From positions 1 to 15,590 of the forward strand of contig JBKHVI010000058.1 in NCBI GenBank assembly GCA_046570105.1: DNA of 15,590 nucleotides, written 5' to 3'. The position numbers were made by a program, and so were the translations under genes. The notes under the pieces were generated by a model. It worked only from the letters and a program-made list of their open reading frames with translations, did not search any database and was not told where the DNA came from. Below, in pieces: positions 8,320 through 15,434 of the stretch (positions within the stretch are counted from its first letter, which is position 1; each line of letters begins with the position of its first letter). This DNA is from Bacteriovoracia bacterium. Lineage in GTDB: Bacteria; Bdellovibrionota; Bacteriovoracia; Bacteriovoracales; Bacteriovoracaceae.

Positions 8320-9162
8320 ATGCGAAACGCACTCAAGGCAGAGATAGAGGCCTGGTTAAAAGAAGATGGAGTAGGCGACGTTGCTATTTACTGGCAGCGC
8401 TTACCCAATTTCCCATCGCGCGCGCAAATCAAAATCAAATCAGATATCACGCTGGCGGGACTCCCTTGGTTCATTGCTGTTTTTGAAACACTTGATAAAA
8501 ATCTCCAAGGTCTTGAATCTCTCATGGAATATGAAGGCCAGCATTTGCGTGCAGGCACAGTCATCGATCTACCTGTTGACCTTCCATGGGGGGTGGCGAT
8601 AACCGGTGAGCGCTTGGCACTTAATCTGTTACACAAGGCCACCGCAGTAGCCACTGCTACAAAAAAACTGACTGAGACAACAAGCAAACATGGTGTTGCG
8701 GTTCTAGATACACGTAAGACCACTCCGGGACTTCGCAATCTAGAAAAATATGCTGTCACAGTTGGTGGCGGAAAGAATCATCGCTTCACGCAAGTCGATG
8801 CTTGGATGATTAAAGACAATCATAAAGAACTCATGGGGCTGAAAGGCGCTGTAGATTTTTTCCGTAGCATGCAACAGCCCTACAAGAATCTTATTGTTGA
8901 GATTCATTCACTTGATGAACTCAAAGCCGCTCGTGAATTAAATGTGACTCATTTCCTGTTGGATAACTTTACTCCAGAAATGCTCAAGAGCGCTTGTTCC
9001 TCTAAGGTGTCTGGCGAGTTCTTTGAAGTTTCTGGCGGTGTGAATCTTCAAACAGTTTCGCAATATATGATTCCTGGCGTGGATGCTGTTAGCAGCGGCG
9101 CTATTACTCAGTTCCCGGCAGCGGTTGATATCTCTTTTAAGTTTCAAGCGGTGAAGTCATGA
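8320..9162 (+). CDS. nadC: Nicotinate-nucleotide pyrophosphorylase (quinolinate phosphoribosyltransferase)
   Basis: ERLALNLL, LDTRKTTPGLRNLEKYAVTVGGGKNHR, IKDNH, LLDNF and EVSGGV. GAGG RBS. Confidence 0.96.
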   Translation: MRNALKAEIEAWLKEDGVGDVAIYWQRLPNFPSRAQIKIKSDITLAGLPWFIAVFETLDKNLQGLESLMEYEGQHLRAGTVIDLPVDLPWGVAITGERLALNLLHKATAVATATKKLTETTSKHGVAVLDTRKTTPGLRNLEKYAVTVGGGKNHRFTQVDAWMIKDNHKELMGLKGAVDFFRSMQQPYKNLIVEIHSLDELKAARELNVTHFLLDNFTPEMLKSACSSKVSGEFFEVSGGVNLQTVSQYMIPGVDAVSSGAITQFPAAVDISFKFQAVKS

Positions 9163-10733
9163 GTGATCAGACTACAGATGTCCTCATTATGGGGACTGGC
9201 ATTGCAGGACTTACAACTGCAATGAAGTTAGCTGAGAAAGGTATCAAGGTTACGATTGTAACTCGTGAAACGCGTCCAGAAGTAACGAATACACTTTGGG
9301 CCCAAGGTGGCATCATTTTTAGTGGTGACGAAACCGTCGAACAAGAAGACCTCGTTAAAGATATTATGAAGGCCAGCGCTGGCACTTCGTATTTGCCAGC
9401 AGCAGAGCTTCTCGCCAAACGTTCCGGCGATATCGTTCAAGAAATTCTCATTGATAAAGTTCACACTCCATTTGCTCATGGTGATAACGGAGAACTTCTC
9501 TACACCAGAGAAGCCGCTCACTCGCGTGATCGTATTATCTATAACGGTGATATGACTGGCAGAGCGATTCAAGTGGCGATGATGAAGCACTTGGATGATC
9601 CGAAGCGTTTTCCTACTATTGAATTTTTAACAGCTCACACTGCGATTGATTTGATCACTCCTACTCACCACGGTGTGGATATCCGCCAACGTTATGAAGA
9701 AGACAAAGTTGTCGGCGCTTATTTATGGGATCAAAAAGGGCAGATCGTTCGCAAGGTCATGGCGAAATATACTGTCCTTGCGACCGGTGGAATTGGTGCG
9801 CTTTATTTGCACAACTCAAATTCTGAAGGTGCGCGCGGAGACGGCCATGCCATGGCCCGTCGAGCGGGAGCTTTTGTCACAAACATGTAGTTTGTGCAAT
9901 TCCATCCGACAACTTTCTATGACCGCGCTTCTCATCGGCGCTTTCTGATCTCGGAAGCTCTTCGTGGAGAAGGTGGTCGCTTGATTAATGCTTCAGGCGA
10001 AGCCTTTATGTCTCGCTATCATCCGGATGCTGAACTTGCTCCTCGTGATATCGTCTCTCGCGCCATTGTTGATCAGATGATCTCTAGTAAAGCCGAGTGC
10101 GTTTTCCTGGATATTAGTCACAAGCCAACTGATTGGCTCAAGCAGCGCTTCCCAACGATCTATGCTCATTGTCTTGAAAACGGCATCGATATTACCAAGA
10201 CCCCGATTCCAGTTGTACCTGCGGCTCACTATACCTGTGGTGGAGTAAAGACAGACCTCTTGGGTCGTACGAATTTGTCACGACTTTACGCTGTCGGAGA
10301 AGTGGCGTGTACTGGCCTTCATGGTGCTAATCGTTTGGCTTCAACCTCACTCCTAGAAGGAGTGACTTGGGGATATGTGGCCGCCGAAGATATTCTTTCT
10401 CGTATTGCCGACACTCCAACTTATGATGCAAAACTTGTTAAAGAGTGGGAGCTTGGAAAAGAAGAAGTGGATCTCTCATTAGTGAACCAAGACCAGATGA
10501 CATTGAAGCAGAGTATGTGGAACTACGTGGGAATTATTCGTTCAAGAAATCGTCTCGCTCGCGCTCGCGCTATGTTCCGCGAACTACAAGACGAGGTCGG
10601 CAAGTTCTATAAAAATGCAGCTCTTCACGACAGTTTAATTGGTTTACGCAATGGAATTGAGGTGGCCCACATGGTGGTGGACGCATCTCATAGAAATCGT
10701 GAATCTATGGGTTGTTTTTATCTTAGAGACTAA
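9159..10733 (+). pseudogene. nadB: L-aspartate oxidase interrupted by a single in-frame TAG (9888-9890); nonsense allele or sequencing error
   Basis: ORFs 9159-9890 and 9894-10733 are in one frame. Motifs: GTGIAGL (FAD), WAQGG, EAAHSRDRI, LATGG, NM*FVQFHPT, LISEALRGEG, ELAPRDIVSRA, AAHYTCGG, GLHGANRLASTSLLEG. 524 codons in total; ATGA overlap with nadC. Confidence 0.9.
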
Positions 10734-11173
10734 AAGCTACATTCGAAGTTGTAAGTGCTCATGTCTTTTTTTGGAAGATCAGCTGGATACTCAGCCTTAT
10801 CTTTGCGAGCATTCGAAATAAATAGTACACCTTTAAAAGCACGAGTCTCGATAACCTGGCGTGGGTTACGATCTAAGTGCATCCAGGCCTGGATAAAGCG
10901 ATTGTTCTTTTGCTTCGAGATAAATCTCAAATGGGCTTGGCGATCAGCGGCCAGAGTCTCACGGGTGAAGACAATGGGTTTGCCACTGGTTTCAATTCTT
11001 AAGGCCAAGAAATTCGATAATGAGAAGTGACTTACGTACGATATAGCGTCAATGGCGCGAACTTGTTCGGCATCATTGGGGTAGAACCCTGGTGCTCCTT
11101 GGCGGCAACGAATGACCGTTTCGGCCCACGCCGTCCCCCAGAGAAGACCCACTATTAGTAATAAAGTACGCAT
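10730..11173 (-). CDS. Hypothetical secreted protein (147 aa)
   Basis: ATG 11173 gives the signal peptide MRTLLLIVGLLWGTAWA-ET. One Cys near each end of the mature chain (VIRC...FECSF). Stop overlaps the nadB stop. Confidence 0.7.
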   Translation of the reverse strand: MRTLLLIVGLLWGTAWAETVIRCRQGAPGFYPNDAEQVRAIDAISYVSHFSLSNFLALRIETSGKPIVFTRETLAADRQAHLRFISKQKNNRFIQAWMHLDRNPRQVIETRAFKGVLFISNARKDKAEYPADLPKKDMSTYNFECSF

Positions 11174-11291
11174 ATAGGCGCAGTATAAGGGCCAAACCCC
11201 TTCAGGGAGTACCAAATTTATAATAAAAAAGCCCTGCGAGAAACGCTATCAAGCAGCCAAAAATTCCATCTGGGCCAAAGTTCATAAGAAA

Positions 11292-11858
11292 ATGCCTCAA
11301 TGGGCGAAAAAGTTTTACCGTATTTGGGATAACCTATCAGACTCTCAAGCCGAGGCCCTGAAGCTTGAATGGTTTTATGAAGATGACGAGAAGCCCACTC
11401 AAGAAGAAAGCGCTAAGCGCCTCGGAATAAGTATCGCTTCTTATCAAGAACGCTTGGAATGGGCCTATAAGAAGCTTGAAATCCTTTACCCTGAGTTCAC
11501 TACACGTAAGCGCAAGAATCCGACCGTAACAAAAATGGCTCAACCTCCGGAACCACTATATGAAATCCTCACGTGTGGTGATAAAGTTCAAATCCAGCAC
11601 CCTGTGAGACAAAATAAAATTCTAACTACCCGGCAGCGCCAGAAAATAATGAAGTGGGTCCACGAATCTACGGCAAACTATTTATTCCGTTACGATCATT
11701 ATACTGATTTTAATGATTTAGAAGATGAAAACGAGCTGGAAGCCTTTGAAGAGGCTATTGAACAAGAACATCAGGATCTTTTGGACTTAAAAGCAGAAGA
11801 ATCCGGGCCCGCCCTACTCCGTCTCGATAAAATTTTAAGCCAAACAAACGATACCTAA
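11292..11858 (+). CDS. Sigma70 region-4-like helix-turn-helix protein with acidic C-terminus, possibly 5'-truncated
   Basis: LSDSQAEALKL...PTQEESAKRLGISIASYQERLEWAYKKL fits the sigma70_r4 pattern (L++xxRExxxL...TxxEIAxxLGISxxTVxxRLxRAxxKL). The frame stays open upstream to 11178. Confidence 0.65.
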   Translation: MPQWAKKFYRIWDNLSDSQAEALKLEWFYEDDEKPTQEESAKRLGISIASYQERLEWAYKKLEILYPEFTTRKRKNPTVTKMAQPPEPLYEILTCGDKVQIQHPVRQNKILTTRQRQKIMKWVHESTANYLFRYDHYTDFNDLEDENELEAFEEAIEQEHQDLLDLKAEESGPALLRLDKILSQTNDT

Positions 11859-11868
11859 TGATTCCCTC

Positions 11869-13665
11869 TTAGGCTGCCAGCTTTAAAGGACTTGAAGAAG
11901 CAGCTTTTTTGAACTCTTCTCGAATCTCGCTTCCCCAAATGACTTGATGAAAGCGTGCCATCGTATCAAAGCTTAACTTGTTCAGCACTTTTCTTCCGTT
12001 TATTACCCTTGCTCTTTTGATGTCAGGAAGGCCAGAGCAAACCTCTTGTGAAAACTCTTCTGAGAGCATCGGGATTAATGAACAAAGCTCATCAACGCTA
12101 AGCTCTTTAAAAAACTCCATTGCTGATGGTTTGCTCTGCTCAAAAAGCTGAGAAAGCGTAAATCTGTGGTCTAATCCACGACTCAGTATAAACTCATCAA
12201 ATTGAGTTTGATTGAGGTATTTCAAGGTGGAAGTAATACGATTATCAGCATCTTCTTCAAAGCGTCTTCGCAGCTCATTCACTTTTTTGTCAAACTTAAT
12301 GAGAGAAGAATGTTCAAATTCAACATGATCCAACTTGCTTATGCTATCAGGCTGTATGAATCCATTGTTTATTAAGGAAGCCATCCTTATTGAATCCATA
12401 CAATCCATTGTAATGGCTTTTTCAGTTTCGTTAAAATCATCGAAGCAGACTCCCAGGGCTTGAAGGGGTATACTATTTAAAGATGCGCGGATACTATTCA
12501 TGAAATATACATTCGGATAGAGCATCAAAGACATCAGCTGCTGATAAATATGTTTGTGATCCTCGGGAGTACTCTCAAGATAGAGGTTACTGGAGAGAAA
12601 TCTAGAGTAGTACTGAAAATTTTTGCTCTTCGTCATGCTTGTATTTTCAAGGTAGGTTTTATCACCTAGAATCTGGCTTAAGCACCAAATATCCTTAAAC
12701 TTCCGCTTATCCATGGCGTCCATAAAGAAACTCGTGATTACCTCTCCATGGTTATGATGAATTTCAATGATCTTATCTTTGGGATCACTAAGGCCCGCAC
12801 CAGTGGTCTTCAATTCGTCCTGCAATTCACTGTTCAAAACATTATGAGAATCATCAAAATGAGAGGATGAAGAGATTTGGTTATTGGCATTCGATAAAGC
12901 TGATAACGTTCTATTTATTGAGTTCAGGGCCTTAATCGAGAAGAAAAAGCACAATCCCAGGAAGCTTAGGAGAATCAGAAGAGTTACCCCTAAGCCGACT
13001 TTCAGAGGGGAGAGAATTTTTTCACTTAAGAAATCTTGGAGAGAAAGGGCAGCCTCCCGGAAGCTTTTGGCAAATGATTCTGGTTCAAAACGGATCTTTT
13101 TTCCCTCGTCAAGACTTTCAGAATTTAACGCTTTCGCTTTTCTGTGATTGAACTCAACAGTGAGCCCGATTTTCAGAGGACTCATTTTATCTTCAATGAG
13201 GGATCTAATCAGACGCTCAATTTTCTTATCAAGCTTGGTCTTATGATACAGTACAATTTGTACACTTTCCGTGTGAGTAAGGATTAAGCTCGGCTCAACT
13301 GTGAACTTAGAGCCGTCGATTACCAGAACTGATTCATCTTCTGGTGTTTTTACCATTACACCATCATGAGAAATATTGAGCCCCGGTAAATCGTCAAATT
13401 TCTGGCGAGTATTTCTCTTCGCTTGAGGAGAATTCTTGTCAAATTCTTTTCTAAGTGAAAAGTGATCAACGTTGAGGTGAAGAGAAACCCATAAGTTTTC
13501 CACCCCCATAAATTGTGAAATTTGAGATTCTAAATTCCGGGACAATTGACTCTCAAGCTCGTAAACAGAGGATCGGATATATCCATCAGCATTGTCTGAA
13601 GCAGAGGCAGGCAGTAAGGCTAAAGTCAAAATAACCATCAGCATTAGCTTTATCTTAGTTTTCAT
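11869..13665 (-). CDS. 598-aa membrane protein: signal peptide, FliF-like ring-building periplasmic domain, one TM helix, FliG-middle/C-like cytoplasmic region (putative FliF-FliG-like fusion)
   Basis: ATG 13665 follows AGGA and overlaps the motB-like stop. Signal peptide ends LALLPASA-S; TM VGLGVTLLILLSFLGLCFFFSI; C-terminal FTLSQLFEQ...FFKELSVDELCSLIPMLSEEFSQEVCSGLP resembles FliG_C. The CDS is well supported; the domain call is by eye. Confidence 0.62.
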   Translation of the reverse strand: MKTKIKLMLMVILTLALLPASASDNADGYIRSSVYELESQLSRNLESQISQFMGVENLWVSLHLNVDHFSLRKEFDKNSPQAKRNTRQKFDDLPGLNISHDGVMVKTPEDESVLVIDGSKFTVEPSLILTHTESVQIVLYHKTKLDKKIERLIRSLIEDKMSPLKIGLTVEFNHRKAKALNSESLDEGKKIRFEPESFAKSFREAALSLQDFLSEKILSPLKVGLGVTLLILLSFLGLCFFFSIKALNSINRTLSALSNANNQISSSSHFDDSHNVLNSELQDELKTTGAGLSDPKDKIIEIHHNHGEVITSFFMDAMDKRKFKDIWCLSQILGDKTYLENTSMTKSKNFQYYSRFLSSNLYLESTPEDHKHIYQQLMSLMLYPNVYFMNSIRASLNSIPLQALGVCFDDFNETEKAITMDCMDSIRMASLINNGFIQPDSISKLDHVEFEHSSLIKFDKKVNELRRRFEEDADNRITSTLKYLNQTQFDEFILSRGLDHRFTLSQLFEQSKPSAMEFFKELSVDELCSLIPMLSEEFSQEVCSGLPDIKRARVINGRKVLNKLSFDTMARFHQVIWGSEIREEFKKAASSSPLKLAA

Positions 13666-14239
13666 TTTCCGTTTCCTGATAATTTCTAGTGATAAGTATT
13701 CTGATTTCATCTAAAACTTCTTCATCTGTCCCGCCAGCGGGCTTTCTTTCAAAGCTCCCTACGCTCATATATTCTTTTTTTAGGCCCAGTCCATGCAGAT
13801 ATTCTCTCACGGCCAGTGCTTGCTCAAAAGTATGTTCCGGACCCAAAGCAATTTGGAACATAATATTGGGCATATGGCGATATGTAATGTCTGCAATGTT
13901 GGCCAGGTGGTATTTCCCCTCTAGAGTAATCTGCGATTCGGCAAAGAGGTTCGGCTTTCTAATCTTAATCAAAATATGCTGATGAAGTCTCTCCAGGTCA
14001 TAGCTTTGTCTTAGTGTGGTAGATTCCATGCTCTTACCAATATTCTTAAGAACTTCATCTTGCTTATCAGCAGTGAGTGTTTCTTTAAAAACTTTCTCTT
14101 GTTGACGTGCTTTAATAACAAAGAAAAGAATAAAAAAACATAAAAGCACTGTCACAAGATCAGAGTATGAAATCAGCCAGTCTTCTCCCCTTTCGGGTCG
14201 CTTCATTTCAAAGTCAAAAGATTGATCGTTGTCCTTCAT
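13655..14239 (-). CDS. MotB/PomB-like stator B subunit with shortened, degenerate OmpA-like domain
   Basis: WLISYSDLVTVLLCFFILFF is the MotB TM motif with the ion-binding Asp (D27). ATGA overlap with the motA-like gene. Only 194 aa. Confidence 0.88.
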   Translation of the reverse strand: MKDNDQSFDFEMKRPERGEDWLISYSDLVTVLLCFFILFFVIKARQQEKVFKETLTADKQDEVLKNIGKSMESTTLRQSYDLERLHQHILIKIRKPNLFAESQITLEGKYHLANIADITYRHMPNIMFQIALGPEHTFEQALAVREYLHGLGLKKEYMSVGSFERKPAGGTDEEVLDEIRILITRNYQETENEN

Positions 14240-15009
14240 GCAGCCTCGGTTCTTTTAACTTCCTCATCAAGTGAAGGATGCCCAAGGAATTCACGAATGA
14301 GGACCGGATCATTCTTATCAGCGGCAATCATTAAGAAGGTATCTACAATCTTCTTTTTTAATACCAATTCAAGTTGAGACTTATTTACAAGTATTTCTGA
14401 CATTGGTACTAAGATATAGTTTGCCATAAGTAGACCGTAAAGAGTTGTCACCAGGGCCATTGCCATTTTTATGCCAATAGCTTCCATTCCGGTGGACAGG
14501 CTCATCTGTTCAAGAAGCCCTATTAAGCCCAAAATTGTTCCGATCATTCCAAAAGCTGGGGGGTACTTGGCAATTGATCGAACGAGATCGGAGTTTTTAC
14601 TCATTCGTGTTTTATACGATTGCATGTCTTCATACATAATGCGCTTGATATTCTCAGCGCCAATTTCATTCTGAAGGAGTCGCAATCCTTTTTGAATGAA
14701 TAAGTTATCAGAGGAATGTTCAAGCATACTAATCTTCCGGACAGAAGAGGCTTTCTGCGAGATGACGAGTAGCTCTTGAAGAACCTCATCCTCATCATTT
14801 GCGGATTTGAAGAAAACCTCAGTAAGTGAGATGACAAGCTCTTTAAGATTTTTCCAGGTAATCGACATCAAAGCAGCTGCCAAAGTTCCGCCTGCGACTA
14901 AAACGAAGCTGAAAAGATCCAGATAAAGGCGTGAATTCTCCGAAACACCGGTTAGGGCCTGAATCAGAATAGCTGTGCCAAGTAAAAAGCCTAAGATTAC
15001 TGTGATCAT
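14236..15009 (-). CDS. MotA/PomA/MotP-like stator A subunit
   Basis: SFVLVAGGTLAAALMS, FIQKGLRLL, PPAFGMIGTILGLI and MAMALVTTLYGLLMANYILVP. AGGAGG RBS at 15020-15025. Confidence 0.93.
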   Translation of the reverse strand: MITVILGFLLGTAILIQALTGVSENSRLYLDLFSFVLVAGGTLAAALMSITWKNLKELVISLTEVFFKSANDEDEVLQELLVISQKASSVRKISMLEHSSDNLFIQKGLRLLQNEIGAENIKRIMYEDMQSYKTRMSKNSDLVRSIAKYPPAFGMIGTILGLIGLLEQMSLSTGMEAIGIKMAMALVTTLYGLLMANYILVPMSEILVNKSQLELVLKKKIVDTFLMIAADKNDPVLIREFLGHPSLDEEVKRTEAA

Positions 15010-15032
15010 TTAAAGTAATCCTCCTATTCCAC

Positions 15033-15059
15033 CTTTCGTCGGAATAAATCTTATCTTTA
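15033..15059 (-). promoter_or_regulatory. Putative sigma28 (FliA)-type promoter for the motA-like operon
   Basis: Minus strand TAAA-N15-GACGAAAG (consensus TAAA-N15-GCCGATAA), upstream of the AGGAGG RBS. Confidence 0.6.
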
Positions 15060-15076
15060 AGAAATTTAATACATAA

Positions 15077-15427
15077 TTAAGGATTCTGAATAGCCCGACT
15101 CACTTGATCAACAATGGCTTGAAGACGTTGCTTTTTTTGTTCTGCTGTATCCAGCTTCACTTCAGCAGAAGCTAACTCTTTTTCAAGAGCAGAGAGTTCT
15201 TTCTCTAAATCAAGTTTTTCCTTTGTAACTTCTGCGAGAGTTTTCTTTAAATCATCTATAGAATTCTGAAGCTTTTTATTTTCTAACTCTAGAGCCAGCT
15301 TCTCTTTTGTAAGCGTAATCACCTGCTCCTTACTCTTATCTTGGCCAATTCTAGAGGTATCAATTCTGCTTTCCTGAGCGTAAGAATTCCCGAGTAATAA
15401 GATCAAAAAGGCAGCAAGATAATTCAT
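15077..15427 (-). CDS. Hypothetical secreted coiled-coil protein (116 aa)
   Basis: Signal peptide MNYLAAFLILLLGNSYA-QE followed by a continuous Leu heptad pattern (LTKEKLA LELENKK LQNSIDD LKKTLAE VTKEKLD LEKELSA LEKELAS). Confidence 0.8.
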   Translation of the reverse strand: MNYLAAFLILLLGNSYAQESRIDTSRIGQDKSKEQVITLTKEKLALELENKKLQNSIDDLKKTLAEVTKEKLDLEKELSALEKELASAEVKLDTAEQKKQRLQAIVDQVSRAIQNP

Positions 15428-15434
15428 GCTTTAG

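Noticed and set aside
9888..9890. TAG reassignment or pyrrolysine decoding in nadB
   Set aside because: TAG acts as a normal stop for pssA (5026-5028) and for the minus-strand gene ending at 10730. No other gene has an internal TAG, and the position is a conserved Glu one base away (GAG).
9894..10733. Independent gene starting at GTG 9894
   Set aside because: It begins inside the conserved FVQFHPT motif with no RBS; it is the C-terminal half of nadB.
11180..11196. Sigma54-like TGGCCCTTATACTGC (GG-N10-GC) on the minus strand
   Set aside because: The predicted +1 would fall inside the coding sequence downstream of ATG 11173; the embedded TATACT is a better sigma70 -10 candidate.
13666..13710. 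ORF-track start at 13710 for the large minus-strand gene (also 509 for cdsA, 5848 for tig, 11215 for the secreted protein)
   Set aside because: Downstream ATGs give proper signal peptides, RBS spacing or stop/start coupling; the extensions overlap neighbouring genes or promoters.
1411..14837. Numerous short antisense or alternate-frame ORFs (e.g. 1411-1596, 4783-5112, 6133-6555, 7494-7943, 8388-8759, 12884-13147, 13689-13982)
   Set aside because: They lie within or across well-supported genes and show no motifs or RBS; treated as shadow ORFs.
13655..15009. Zorya (ZorAB) anti-phage system
   Set aside because: The A subunit is a 257-aa flagellar-type MotA/PomA without the long ZorA cytoplasmic tail. 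The B subunit lacks the peptidoglycan-binding motif, and no ZorC/D/E-like helicase or nuclease is adjacent.
15160..15320. Short imperfect repeats (LTKEKLALE / VTKEKLDLE, LEKELSA / LEKELAS) as a DNA repeat array
   Set aside because: Explained by coiled-coil heptads in the coding sequence; no CRISPR-like repeat-spacer structure.
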